This document shows, in pieces, positions 13,101 to 27,782 of a stretch of 64,000 nt of DNA. The DNA lies in contig NC_043003.1 in NCBI RefSeq assembly GCF_006345805.1, positions 25,854,001 to 25,918,000 of the forward strand. Reading direction: 5' to 3'. Every line of letters starts with the position of its first letter. The first letter of the stretch is position 1. A program made the translations under genes and the position numbers. The DNA is from Octopus sinensis. Its lineage: Eukaryota. The notes beneath the pieces were generated by a model. The model had not been told where the DNA came from and searched no databases. It saw only the letters and a program-made list of their open reading frames with translations.

Positions 13101-14211
13101 ATGTCCTAAATCACTCAAAGTAAGAAAATAAGATATGACAATAAGATATTTTCCTTTAAAAATTGTAATAACTTGAAAATCAAAAAGTTAATCTGTGTGA
13201 CACCCAGAATGTTCTGGACATAACCAAATTCACTTGGAAACTAGAAATTGAAAGATTAAGTATGACAAATGAAAAGGCTTCTTTGGGTTACAGTTTATCA
13301 TGTCATTATTACTGAAAAGTGGAAGATTCTACTAAATTGGTAGAGATTCTTTTGGTGAAGGACCAGAAGAGTCAGCAGCAGTTTGGGAAGTAGGAAAGCT
13401 GTGCCATAAACAATGGTATTTTTTAACTTTCAGACAACAACCTTGCAAGACTTTCGGTAATTAATAAAAAACTGTTAACAGAGGCTGGGAATTTTTTAAT
13501 AAGCATTAATAAGCTAAAACTGCTATATAGTACAGCCATGAGTGAATCATTTAAAGAGATTTGGGGCCCGTGTACTTTTGATGTGCGAGAAATGTGGAAG
13601 GATTTCAGTCATCAACAGAATTAGTGCTAGACTGATGGGGCTTCAACCAATCAGCTAACATGAAGAACCAAAGGGTTTGCAAAATGGGTGCTGCATACAT
13701 AGCATGCTTACTTGGTAGCTATGATTAGGAGTGGCTGGATGATCTTACAAGGGCAGTGATGATGATGGTTCTGTAGAGGATGGGTTTATTGGGTAGGGTA
13801 TGTGTGTCAGTCAGGAAAACACACAAAGCTAAGGGGTGTTACAAGTTGAAAATAGCAAAAAAAAATTATGCTTTTATATCTATATGGGTGTGGGACATGT
13901 GTGAAAGCCATGAGTTCTATAGCACTGAAATTATAGAGGATGATGACTTCAGAAGAGGGGTGAAATGAGGTAGTTGCCCTTGAGTGACAGGAGATAATTA
14001 AAAGGATATTGATAATTAGAGGAGTTCAAGGAGTGGTAGCAAGAGAGACCTTGAACAAGAACTTAATCCTTTAGAATTCAGATTACTCTGTCAAATGTAA
14101 TACTTATCTATTCATATATTATCTCATAGCTTTGAAATTTTGATAATGGGGGTTTTTTTTCTCTCTAGTTTCAGCTCAGAGCTGCGGCCATGCTGATGCA
14201 CCACCATTTTG

Positions 14212-14420
14212 CTACACTCTTATTACTAAGAGCCTCTTCTAATATGTGGCACTTGGTGAAGAATGGGGTTTGATATAGCTACCCTCATTTGCACCTCTTG
14301 CCATGAGGTAGGTTCATCTGGGACTCTTGACAGGAAGAGGTCCAGCTTTGATTTAAAAACCCCTACATCTACTTTGTGCAGGTTCCTCAGACTCTTTGGG
14401 AGAATATTAAAAAGCTGGTT
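14212..14420 (-). mobile_element. CR1/Jockey-group LINE 3' tip nested in a piggyBac-type MITE
   Basis: QLFNILPKSLRNLHKVDVGVFKSKLDLFLSRVPDEPT, homologous to 42640-42850. Confidence 0.8.
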
Positions 14421-17400
14421 GTATATTTTTAGAATGATATTGTAGGGTAGGTTCAAGAGGCCAGATCTTGGTGGTTTGAACATAAAACAGGTAGAATATT
14501 TGTGCTGGATATGGCCAGTCTAAGTGCTGAAGGGTTAAAGCTTTGTTACAGTGTAGTAAGTAGTGGAAAGAACAGATCTAATATATTGAAAAGATACTTC
14601 TGATGAGAGTGAAACTCTGATATATAGAGTGTGCAGAGAAGACACATTTCTTTCAGTAAGGAAAAGAAAAATTAACCCCTCTACCCCTCTGCTATTCATT
14701 TATCTCTTGACATTGTGAAGAAGCTAATAGAAGAAAGAGAGAGACAGAAATAATGAGGAAGAATGAAATGAAAAAAAAAAAAGAAAAAGAAAATTTCAAA
14801 AGCTAACAATAAAATGAAGACAGACTGCACCAGCCACCACCAGGCAGTTTACTGTAGTCTGTCTGTGTGCCTGGCTATCAGCTGAGAGACATAATATATA
14901 CCAATATATACCTAACCCACCAAGGCACCTACCCATAATATGTTCATGGTAGGGGTGAGAGTAAGTGATCAAATGAGAGTGAGAGAGAGAGAGAGAGAAA
15001 ATTAGTGATGAGAGAGAGAAGTGTAATAACACAAACAGGTACAGATTAATTGCACTGGCCAGCTGATAAAATTACTTAGGTGCTTTCTCTCCAACCTCTG
15101 GTTTATTTTATATTCTGACATGTCAGAAAAAATATAGGATGGAGATCAGAAGAAAGAGGAAGGAGAGTACAAAATAAAAAAAAAATAAAAAAAAGAAAAC
15201 GACAAAAAAAATTTACAGATGTGAAGAAAAAGAAAATGAAACTAAAAAAAAAACAAACAAAAACTAATGCTGCCCATCCTATGGCAAAAAATTAAATTCG
15301 TCACTCCTGCAGCATAAATGATCAAACATATTTTGAAGTTGTTGAAGTAGATTCCTAGAATTATCATCCATCTACTCAAGAGGTTCTCATAATCTAGGTG
15401 CTTCAGAGGTACATATATGAAATACTACTCACTCTCCATCACACCTACACAAGCCTAAACAAAGCCAACAAAGGCTGTACATGACTGCTTGACCCACTAG
15501 AAAGAGTAAAACAGTAGCCAAGATCTCTATCTCTTCTCATATTACATCTTACCATCTCAAGAAGTGAGAACACATAAGATAGTGCCAATCTAAATACAGA
15601 ATGCTCTGGAGAAAGGCATGACGATCATGGCCAGAATACTTTTGATCATACATTAGATCAGTTAAGGGTGACCTAGTGCTAAATAACAAAACAACAATAA
15701 TATAATATATATAACAATATGACAACCAGTTTCAAAACCCTTTTGATACCAACCCAGCTGAAACTGGCTCTGTAGTACAAATGTGTTGTTTTAATAAATT
15801 TTGAATTAAAATCTTCCACCAAACCTTAGTCACAATTTATGTTCCTAACACAAGTTGAACAATAACTAAGTTATTTTACTACATTCTTTGTTATATTTAA
15901 AGTAATTGAAAGAAACACAGAGCATCTCAAAATAAATACAGTAACAAAAGGGTTAAGCCCAAATATTAAATTTTTAACATAGGCACAAGGGCTCAATTTG
16001 TGTTGGGGTGTCAGCTACAATGATAACACCAACCCAAGTACTAAATTGGTACTTCCTGACCTAGGATAGATTAAAGGCAAAAACTAACCCTGGTGGAAAT
16101 TGAACTCAGAACATAAGTACTTGTAAATACAGAAAGACATTCTGTTTTCTACTAATAAATATTGAAATAGCAGGCATGGCTGTGCAGTAAGTTTGCTTCT
16201 CAGCCACATGGTTTAGGATTCAGCCCCACTGTGTGGCACACGGAACAAGTGTCTTTTACTACAGCCCCAGCCAACCAACCAAAGCCTTGAATCAATTTGG
16301 TAGATAGAAACTGAAAGAAGCTTGTCATTGTGAGTACAGCTTATGATGTCATCATTGAGAAGTGGAAACTAGGAGAATTCTGCTAAATTGGAAGAGATTT
16401 TGTGTATATAGGAAGCTTGCTTCCCAACCACATGATTCTAGGTTCAGTTCCACTGTGTGGCACCTTGTGTAGGTGTCTACTATAACCTCAAGCCAACCAA
16501 AGCCTTGTGAGTGGATTTGGTAGATGGAAATTGAAAGAAGCCCATTGTGTATGTATGTGTGTGTGTGTTTACGTCCTCGTAACTTAGCAGTTCAGCAAAA
16601 GAGACTGATAGAATAAGTACTAGGCTTAAGAATAAGTGCTGGAGTTGATTTGTTCGACTAAAGGTGGTGCTCCAGCATGGCCGCAGTCAATTGACTGAAA
16701 CAATAAAAAGAATGTGTGTGTGTGTGTGTACATATGTTTGTACATGCTTGGGTGAGTGTGCATATGTGTATTGCTGTCTCCTTGCTTTGATTTCACGTGA
16801 TAAGTGCAAATGAGTGTTACTAACATACATGTGGTGTCCACTTCCTATCTTCCATGTAAACATGTATAGTCACGTTTACCATACTTGGAAACAGGTGAAG
16901 ACTGGTGACAGGATGAGCATCCAGACACCGAAAAATCTGCCTCAATGAATTCCATCTGGCCCATGTAAGCATGGAAAAGGGAACATCAAAAGGATGATGA
17001 GGATGAAATAAGATAGTCACTTACACTGGAATCCACTATGCCTCCAGTCTAAGAATAACTTTATATCTTAGTGCCTGCTTCACCTTCCTGCTACTTATTT
17101 AACGGTAACATGTGGAAGTGGCTCTCCAGCAGATGCTTACCATCAGACATGACAGGGATCCGCTTTGTATCATTTCAGGAAGCTGGCATGCCACATCCAT
17201 AGTCACTGACTTCTATTTGAACTGCTTAGAGTAGTGTTTTTCAGCCATTTTTCCTCTATGGACCCCTTTGATTCCTATTTTACTCAGATGATCCCTGCCT
17301 AGCTATTTCATGTTTAAAATAATCATATATTTTTATAGTATTAGGGTTGGCGTCAGGAAGGGCATCCATAGAAACCATGCCAAAACAGACATGGAAGCTG

Positions 17401-18472
17401 AACACCCCTTCAGCTGGTCAGCTCCTGTCAAACCGTCCAACCCATGCCAACACGGAAAACGGATGTTAAACGACGACGACGATGATGGTGATTAAGAATT
17501 GTATAAAAAAAAATTGTTAAAATGTTTTATGTATTGTAGAAGTATAACCAATTTATTCTCTCTCTCTTTTACTTGCTTCAGTCATTTGACTGCAGCTATG
17601 CGGGAGCACTGCCTTTAGTCGAGGAAATCGACCCCAGGACTTATTCTTTGTAAGCCTAGTACTTATTTTATCGGTCCCTTTAGCAGAACCGCTAAGTTAT
17701 GGGGACGTAAACACTCCAGCATCGGTTGTCAAGCAATGTTGGAGGGACAAACACAGACACAGAAACATATACACACATACGACGGGCTTCTTTCAGTTTC
17801 TGTCTACCAAATCCACTCACAAGGCTTTGGTCGGCCCGAGGCTATAGTAGAAGACACTTGCCCAAGGTGCCACGCAGTGGGACTGAACCCAGAACCATGT
17901 GGTTCGTTAGCAAGTTACTTACCACACAGCCACTCTTACGCCTTATTGCAGATAAATTTTAAGAACAAAATCCTATATGGACCCTGGTTGAGAACCAATG
18001 GATCAGAGAGATCAAAGTGGTAATAAGCAGCTATGAATTGTGATTTCTTCTTGTTTTACCCCTCTGGTCTGAAAGTCTTTGCAGTGGTCATAAGCGTTGA
18101 CCTTTCTCCTTTTATCCTTTTGATACTAACCAGTCTGAGACCACTCCTGGTTGTAAGATAGCACCTTACTGCTAGCTTACCCATTAGCATTTAAACTAGC
18201 CATATCGAATCAAAATATTCTACCTGTTCTAAGTTAAAACTGACCAAATCCAACCTCTCACACCTACCCTACAATGTCATTCTAAAAATATACAATCACA
18301 TCATCACAATACTGAAACTACAGGATAATGCCTGATAAATTCAAGACAATGTGAACAAGAGCACTCAGAGAGCACAAACCTCAGCCAAGGCAACATCAAC
18401 GTCCTCTCAACAATTAGCCAGAGATAATTTTTACAATGAGAATATCTGAAATAAACTTGACTGCTCTCACAA

Positions 18473-18697
18473 ACAAGAATACTAAAAATGAACCCGACCG
18501 CTCTCAAAAATTAAGTAAATAAACCGGAAAAATAATCCAGAATGATCCCAAAATATAATCAGTTTGTGCCAGTCTCGAGGCCAAACATCCCTGAAAGTTT
18601 CATCTGAATCCGTCCAGCGGTTCTTGAAAAATCTTGTCCATGGACAAACAAACACAACTGAAAACAATACCTCTGTCTTCGCTAGGGCAGAGGTAAT
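18473..18697 (+). mobile_element. Helentron/HINE (DINE-1-like) non-autonomous element
   Basis: Interior aaagtttcatctgaatccgtccagcggttcttga...acaaacaaacacaactgaaaacaatac, and 3' hairpin acctctg...cagaggt (18669-18694). Confidence 0.6.
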
Positions 18698-21600
18698 AAA
18701 TTGGACAAAGAAATCTGAATGCTAAAGGATTAAAGTGAACTAAATTAAAACTTTCCAATCAAAATTCACTACATTATCGTGTATATTGAAAAATTTGGCA
18801 ATAAAAGGGTTCACTGTGGCATTACAAAAAGAAAGAAAAAAAAGAAAAATCCTGTTAACATTTGCTGTTGCTTATCCCTAGTCCAGCCATTACCTGGCAA
18901 AGGCAGTGAGCTGGCAGAATCATTAGCATGCCAGGCAAAATGCTCAGGGGCATTTTGTCCATCTTTACATTCTGAGTTCAAATTCCACCAAGGTTGACTT
19001 TGCATTTCATCCCTTCAGGGTAGATAAAATATGTACTGGTTGAGCACTGGGGTCAATGTAAACAACTTTATCCCCCCCCCCCGCCTCAAAAAAAAACTTG
19101 CTGGCTTTGTGCCAAAATTTGAAACCCTTATCCTGCAAATGTCTCAATCACAGATACACTTTCTACACTGTTAACATACAGAATATTTTCAACCAGTAGA
19201 TGCCACCCATCACCACGGGGGAGATTCTTAATAGGATTAACTCAATATGTATGCAAGCAGTGATGGTGATAGCGATGGTATGATTCACTACTATGAGAAG
19301 TCATAATTATTCATTACACTATTGCAGACTTCAAATCCTCTAACAAACCAGAAAAAAGATTATAATTCCACTCTGATATTTATAGTAGCTCTGACCTAGA
19401 ATCTTTGGCTATATTTGACATTTCTTGCAATTTGATCAGGATCCTAGATCTGATAACAGACACCATGAAATGGATACTATAAAACACCTGCTAATCTGTT
19501 TCTCTATCACACATTAAATTAAATCTAATGTAGAGTCAATTCAATTAGAAACCATTGACAGATTTTCTGCTACATTTGCTTTTGTATCTTGCTTTGGTGG
19601 AACATTTACCAACCTTTCCTTACTGAATCATATAGATTCTTTGGAAACAGCTATAGTAACAGCGGATATTATGACTGTTGATATCCCATGGTTCTGAGTG
19701 AAACAGTGATATGATGTTTACATTTCTTGCTGACATTATGACTGGTTATCCTTCACTTCTGAAGACCTGTGGAATAAATCTGATCTCTTATTTGTGCCAC
19801 ATTAAAAACACTCATGTTGGCATCACATAAAGAGCAATTGTGCCAACACCACGTAAAAAGCATCCAGCCATAGAAGCCACGTCAAACAAGATAAATGGAG
19901 CCTGGGCAGTTCCTGTCAAACTGTCCAACCCATGCCAGCATGGAAAACAGACATATGATGATGATGATGAAGTAAGAGCATCTGGCCAGTGCAGGATGGC
20001 TGTGTGGTAAGTAGCTTGCTTATCAACCATATGGTTCCAGGTTCAGCCCAACTGTATGGCACCTTGGGCAAGTGTCTTCTACTATAGCCTCGGGTCAACC
20101 AAAGCCTTGTCAGTAGATTGTTGTATATATGTATATGTGTGTGTGTGTGTATGTCCATCCGTCCCATCATCACTTCACAACTGATGTTGGTATGTTTACG
20201 TCCCCCATAACTTCGCGGTTTAGCAAAAGACACCAATAGAATAAGTACTAAGCTTACAAAGAATAAGTCTTGGAGTCAATTTATTCGACTAAAGGCAGTA
20301 CTCCAGCTTGGCCACAGCCAAATGACTGAAACAAACAAAAGAATATATATATATATATTATTGTATCTGGGGAGAGTCATTAACTTTTAATGATATATAA
20401 TGTCCAATACTATGTATGAAGAAAATCATATCTTTATTTTAGATTACAGCTTAAAAATCCAACAATTGTTTCAATTGCACTCGTTTACTTGTTTCAGTCA
20501 TTTGATTGTGGCCATGCTGGAGCACCATCTTTAGTCAAACAAATCGACCTCAGAACTTATTCTTTGTAAGCCTAGTACTTATTCTATCAATCTTTTTTGC
20601 TGAACTGCTAAGTTGCAGGGACGTAAACACACCAATATTGGTTGTCAAACAATGGTGTGGGGACAAACACATACACACACATATATATATGCAATGGGTG
20701 TCTTTCAGTTTCTGTCTACCAAATCCACTCACAAGGCTTTGGTCGGCCCGAGGCTATAGTAGAAGACACTTGCCCAAGGTGCCACGCAGTGGTGATCAAC
20801 CACCAACATGGGTTTACTTTATAAACTTTATATAAACTGAGTCATAAAACACTGTGTTTGTCTCTCAGATTGAATCAGTTATAACCTGCCGTTTGAATTC
20901 CTGATCAGAAAAACACCACCTCACTTCTACCTGCCAACCACTTTCTTAGACACAAAGGAAAAAAAAAAAAGAGGAAGAATTGGAAATGAAAAAAGATTAT
21001 GTTGAGGTTTCACACTCCTATTTCACAAGTATATTTTGTTAAAAAAAAAAAAAAGAAAAAAAAATAGTATGTGTCACCATACACTTACTGTAAGATATTT
21101 TAAAGTGCTTCTGTAGTGGAAAATGTATGATTCTGTGCAAGTAATTATAATAATTCTTTCTACTAAAGCAACAAGGACTGAAATTTTGGGGAAGGGGACT
21201 AATCTGTTACATCAACCCTAGTATTTCACTGATACTTAATTTACCAACCCCAAAAGAATGAAGGGCAAAGTCAACCTTGGTGGAATATAATAATAATAAT
21301 CTGCTGAAACCCCCTTCGGTCATGACTGACCATGGGATTGCACCTAGAAAGTTACCATCCTTGGAACAAGTCCGGACAAATTTGTTTATGGAAGACCAGC
21401 AGTCGCCCATGCATACCAGCCTCCCCTCTCCATGCCACCGATGTTATCCAAGGGAAAGGCAAATCCGATACAGCTTGGCACCTGTGAAGTCGCAACTCAT
21501 TTCTAAAGCTGAGTGAACTGGAGCAACGTGAAATAAAGTGCCTTGCTCAAGAATACAACACGTAGCCTGGTCAGGGATTCAAACTCACAACCTCATGAAC

Positions 21601-22789
21601 GTAAGCTCGACGCTCTAACCACTGAGCCATGCACCTTCACATATTAATAATTGTTTCTGATTTAAACACAACAATTTTGAAGCTAATTACACTGACCCCA
21701 GTACTAGACTGGTTAGTTTATTGACCCCAAAAGGATGAAAAGCAAAGTTGACCTTGGTGGGATTTGAACTAGAACAAATACTAGAAAGTATTTTGTCCAA
21801 ATGATCTGACAATTTTGCTATTCCGCTGCCCGTAATTCTTTTCTAATTTAATCTTAAGAGAAGGAGGACTAGTTTTATTACACAGTCCCTGGCATTTTAT
21901 TGATTCTGAAAGGGCGAATGTTGACCTCATCAGGATTTGAACCCAGAATAAATAACACAAAGCATTCTGTCTGATGCTCTAATGATGATTAAAAGTTTTT
22001 AATTCAAGCAGAAGACTAGCAATTTTGAGGGGGACAGAGGAGTCAATTACATTGCTCCCACCCCCGCCCCACCTATTGCTCAACTGACACTTATTTATCA
22101 ACCACCAAAGCAGGAAAATCAAATCAACCATGTCAGAGTTTGAACTCAGAATTTAAAGAGTTGGAAGATATGCCACTAAACATTTTGTCCAATGTGCTAA
22201 TAGCTCTGCCAGCAATAATAACAACAATGATCCTTTGTATTATAGACACAAGGGCTGAAATTCGGGGGGGGGGGTAGTAGATTACATTGACCTCAGTGCT
22301 TGATGGGTACTTATTTCATCAATCCCAAAAGGGTGAATGGAAAAGTCAACATTTGAACTCACAACACCATAGGTTGCTATGAATTTTGTCCAGCATGCTA
22401 ATGATTCTACAAGCTCGCCACTTTAATAACAACAACAACAATAATAATGGTTTTAAATTTTGCCACAAGGGTAGCCATTTTGAGAGAGAGGACTAGTTGA
22501 ATTGACCTCAGCAGAATTTAAATAATAATAATAATAGGAAATAGGAAGAATTTGGAGCATGTGAACAGTGAAGGTCGTGTCTATAATACTTGGTGTGTTG
22601 GGAACAGTAAGCAAAGATATAGACAAATGGCTGAAGGATTATCAGGAGGGCTGTAGCACTTGAAAGTCTGCTGAAAACTTGTGGATACCTAAGGTTATAG
22701 GTAGTAGCCCGCTACCCGCATAAATCCAACCAGGAATAAGACCGAAGCTGAGCCAAAGCGAAATAATAACAATAGTTTCAAACTGGCAG

Positions 22790-23190
22790 CAAACTGGCTT
22801 CCATGCCGGTGGCATGTAAAAAGCACCATTCGAGCATGATCATTACCAGTGTCGCCTTACTGGCCCTCCTGCCGGTGGTACGTGAAAAGACGTTCGAGTG
22901 AGGTCGTTGCCAGTGCTGCTGGTCTGGCTCTTGTGCAGGTGGCACATAAAAAACACCATTTGAGCGTGGCTGTTGCCAGTACCACCTGACTGGCCCTCAT
23001 GCCGGTGGCCTGTAAAAGCACCTACTACACTCTCAAAGTGGTTGGCGTTAGGAAGGGCATCCAGCTGTAGAAACTCTGCCAGATCAGATTGGAGCCTGGT
23101 ACAGCCATCTGGTTCGTCAGTCCTCAGTCAAATCGTCCAACCCACGCTAGCATGGAAAGCGGATGTTAAACGATGATGATGATGATGATG
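22790..23190 (+). mobile_element. RTE 3'UTR/tail copy
   Basis: Subrepeat array, gttggcgttaggaagggcatccagc segment and (GAT)n tail. Confidence 0.85.
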
Positions 23191-26019
23191 AATAGTTTCA
23201 AACTCTGACCACAGCGCTTGGCTAGTACTTATTTCAATGATCCTGAAAGTTTGAAAGGTAAAGTTGACCCCAGTGATATATGAACTCAGAACATAAAGAG
23301 CCAGAAAAGATGTCATTAAGCATTTTGTCCATCGCACTAACAAATCCATCATCATCATCAACAGCAGCAGTTCAAGAATTTGGACCTGGAGATCTCCATT
23401 TCCAGTGACTTCGAGGGCCACTTCCCAGTGGTGTCGGGCGTCAATGAAGAGCCCTCGACTACAATAAGACTACCAAAGTTTTTTTCCCCCAAGATCTGGA
23501 GTCTCCCACCCCTAAGCCCTAGACCATCACCTAATCACCCTAACCTGTCTTGTTGCTTAACAACAACAACAACAGCAGCAGTCCTTTCTACTATAGGCAC
23601 AAGGCCTGAACTTTTGGGCAAGGGGGCAAGTCGATTAGATTGAGCCCAGAGCTCAACTGGTACTTCATCTTATTGACTTTGAAAGGGTGAGAGATAAAGT
23701 CAACCTCAGCGGAATTTGAACCCAGAACATGAAAATGGATGAAATGCTGCTGAACATTTCGTCCAACATTCTAATGACTGCTAATAGCAATAAGATCAAC
23801 AGTAATGACAAATAGTCTGTGTCTCATCCGTTCGGTAAACAAAGAGTCATGGGGAAATGTTTTACAGGATTTGTATTTCCTGCTCTCTGAAACTGAGTTA
23901 ATTGTATCAGTTAAACGAGTGCACGGGTAATGATTCAACTAGTTCTGGCCAGGCTTATCTAAACACACACACACACAAACTATTATTAATATTCAAAGAG
24001 CTTGACACAACAAAAACTTACAATTGCACACATGTAAACCGTCACAGAGACCCTACTAGAACCAACACTTGCGATATGACTGTGTATATATACATATATG
24101 GTAGCACAAATGCATACAGAGTCGTTCAACCAGCACAGAATCAATTGTACATACAATTACTCAACGGCTTGAATGGACACTAATGCCTACTAATAACACA
24201 GTAACACAGTATAACAGATACTAAGAAAGCACATGAATGCACACACACACCTATATCATTGTATATACTCTTTACTCTTTTACTTGTTTCAGTCATTTGT
24301 CTGCGGCCATGCTGGAGCACCGCCTTTAGTCGAGCAAATCAACCCCGAGACTTATTCTTTGTTAGCCCAGTACTTATTCTATCGGTCTCTTTTGCCGAAC
24401 CGCTAAGTGACGGGGACGTACACACCCCAGCATTGGTTGTCAAGCAATGCTAGGGGGACAAACACAGACACACAAATACATATATATATATACGACAGGC
24501 TATATATATATACACACACACACACATAAATATGTATATACACATATCTTGTTTCGGTCGTTAGACTGCGACCATGCTGGTACATCACCTTGAAGAATTT
24601 TAGTTGAATGAATTGACACTATTACTTATTTTAAACACACACACACACACAATCATATATGAAGAACCAATTATAAAGCAATAGAGACAATCCCATACAG
24701 AAACCGTCTCAGTGCATGTTTGCTATTCACACATACAGAGATAATTGAGTAAATACAATGAAAACACCAACACACACACATATATATATATATATATGCA
24801 CATATATATATATATATAAGTGAGAGAGAGGGGAGGCTACAGCAACATACATACACACAGAAAAAGCACAAAAGCGGATAAATAATAATCATAGAAACAA
24901 TGAAAGTAAACAGCTGAAGCCAAATATTGAGAAAAAACAGTCCATAATGAGACACAGAATTCAAGAGGGAGGGAGGGAAGGAGAGGTGGGAGAGAAGGAG
25001 GGAGGGAGAGAGGGGGAAGGAGGGACGGGAGAGGTGGGAGGGAGGAGGGAATAACATCAGTTTAATTGGTTTGGAATTTAATTCTCCAGCAGAAACATTG
25101 AGGTGAGAAGCTTCAATAATACCATGACAACAGAAGTAAAAGATTGGAAACTAAAATGCTGCTGCTGCTGCTGCTGATGATGATGATGATGACATTGCTA
25201 CGGTAAGGCAGTAAAATGGACGAGAAAGCATTGGAACCATCTTCAAAGAGTAATAATGACAGAAACGAGTAAGTCTTATTTATTTATGTCTAAAATATTC
25301 ATCGTTGTAACATGTTGCTTCAGTTGGAGTTGGAGAGACACTGTTTGGTCATCTATAAATTTTACTGGGACACTGGTAGTGAAGCTGATGGTGGTGGTGG
25401 TGGTGGTAGTGTTATGACTAGGTGTCCATTCCTGCAGTCAACCCAGCTCTAAGACAACAAGAAACACAATGGCTACAGTTATATAACATTGGCCCAGTTG
25501 TGATCGATGATGTTCCAGTTAAGATCATTGTAACTTGGAAAGAAGTGGGACAGGATCATATTTTCTCCAAGAAACTCTTACCTTTTTTTTTTTTAAACTG
25601 AAGGTTATCTTTACTTTTTTCAGTCATTGGACTGCAGCCATGCTGGGGGTGCCACTTTGAAAGACTTTAGTTGAACGAATCAACCCCAGTACTTAATTTC
25701 TTTTTTTAAGCCCAATACTTATTCTATCAGTTTCTAATGCTGAACTGCCAATTTACAGTGATGTAAACAAACCAACAACAGTTGTCAAGTGATGATGAGG
25801 GACAACCACAAAGACACACACATCAATTGATTCTGATCCTGAGCATCTGCAGCTGTGGTGCAGAACCATTTTTTAAACTTATGGATTCCTTTGATTCCTA
25901 TTTTACTTAACTGGACCCTCATAGCCATTCACTGTTTTACAGAAATCCTATTGTATTTTTATAATTAAATATTATTAGGAATTCTATAAAAAAAATTGTT
26001 TGGATATTTTTTGTATTCG

Positions 26020-26420
26020 TCATCATCATCATCACCGAATGTCCATTTTCTAAGCTGGCATGGTTTCTATGGCTGTATGCCCTTCCTAACACCAACCACT
26101 TTACAGAGTGTGCTGGTGTGCCTTTCACATACCACCAGCATGGGTGCATTTATGCAGCACCAGCATGAATACATTTTATGTGGCACCGGCACCTGGAAAG
26201 GTGCAAGCCTGTATGTATGGATAACAATGATTTTACTTAGCTTGGCACATCTACAAGTACAGCAAATCACCACAACTCTCGGTCCCTTGTCATTTCCTCA
26301 GTGAGGCCCAGTGTCTAAAGATCCTTCCTCACCACTTTGTCCCACCTTTTCCTGGGTCTACCCCTTCCACAGGTTCCCTCCACCATAAGAGTTTGGCACT
26401 TCTTTATACAGCTGTCCTCA
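26020..26420 (-). mobile_element. Decayed RTE 3' end
   Basis: Minus strand retains EDSCIKKCQTLMVEGTCGRGRPRK-like coding sequence, followed by tail motifs and (GAT)n. Confidence 0.8.
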
Positions 26421-26423
26421 GAG

Positions 26424-26690
26424 TAGGGCTGTGGAATCGAAACAAAAAACTTCAATTCCGACTCTTGTACTATTGGCACCTCCAACTCCTCTTTATGTAA
26501 TTAAGAGATTGTGGTCTTCATATCTCATAAAGCATATGCATACGCTTGTACTTTGAGTAGGTCTATATGTCATAATTGGTTTATATTAAAGAATAAAGAC
26601 ATTGTGAGTCGGAATTAGAGTCAGCATAATTTTACTGACTTCGACACCAGCTAGTTCTTAATTGTTTCCGACTCTGACTCCACAGCCCTG
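26424..26690. mobile_element. hAT-type MITE
   Basis: Termini tagggctgtggaatcg... and ...ccgactctgactccacagccctg, with internal GAGTCG repeats. TSD not recognisable. Confidence 0.6.
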
Positions 26691-27751
26691 TTCAGGAATA
26701 GAACCAATTTACTGCACATAAACTTTAACAAAATCTTACATGGACCCCAGAGTATGTGGTCATGAGTGAAATTAAACGATCTGGTTTGAATGTTAGCAAT
26801 AGTGTGAACTCTGCTAAAGTCACCCCAAAGACTAGCTAGCATAATTTGACTTATTCCAGGTAGATTTTTAGTTCTAGTTCTTTTAAGATATCCCAGCAAA
26901 TATTCATTTAAGTTTTCCCCAAAGACTGAGTAGAACTTTTGATGCTTTATCTTATTTTCTTTTGCTTGTTTCAATCACTGGACTGTGGCCATACTGGGGT
27001 TTTAGTTGGACAAATTGGCCCCAGTACTTATTCTTTTAAACCCTTTACCATTCAAATTGGCCATATCTGGTCCAGATATTCAGTTTCATGTTTAAACTGA
27101 CCAGATTTTGCCTCTTATGTCTACCCTACAATATCATTCTAAAAATATAGAATCACATCATCAAAATCTCAAAGCTACAAGATTAATATATGATTAATAC
27201 AGAACAATGTAAATGAATAAGTATTACATTTGACCAAGTAATCCAAATGCTAAAGGGTCAAGCCTGATACAATGACATTGTAGGATAGGTGCAAGAAGCT
27301 GGATCTGGCCAGTTCAAACATTAAACCAGTAGAATATTTTGGCTGGTTTAAATACTGAAGGGTTAAACATTCAAGTTGAACACACCACATGAAAGAGCTA
27401 CATCATTATCATGGACTAACTCCCCACACATTTTGGATGATTAAAATGAAACACTCGTGAATATTTGTGTGGCATTCAATAGTGATCCAATCTGATGTCT
27501 ACTCAAATGGTAACTATTTATAGTAAAGTGAATTAGGCCATTGAGAGTTCAGTGTTTTGGCTGTATACACATTCCAGGACAGAATATGCACCAGAAACAT
27601 CTCAACTTGTATAATACTACTAGTGACATAGTCAACCACGGTACTTCCTGATTACTTTCAAAGAAGTTTACCTCTTTCTGCAGACATCCAGGTCTTTGTT
27701 TGTTCATATGTCCATAGGAATGAGTCAGTTTTTAATGTGTGTGTGTGTGTG

Positions 27752-27779
<28 letters not shown>

Positions 27780-27782
<3 letters not shown>

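Noticed and set aside
17175-17221. QIEVSDYGCGM, resembling the GHKL ATPase motif of MutL/PMS2
   Set aside because: In-frame stop four codons later and no supporting flanking homology; probably chance.
19150-19790. Non-repetitive-looking block with a minus-strand acceptor at ~19770
   Set aside because: All three frames stop within ten codons; more likely a very old LINE remnant.
26651-26974. 107-aa minus-strand ORF
   Set aside because: Starts in a SINE tail and ends in a MITE. The possible internal exon is not phase-compatible with the ANKLE2 exons and has no recognisable motif.
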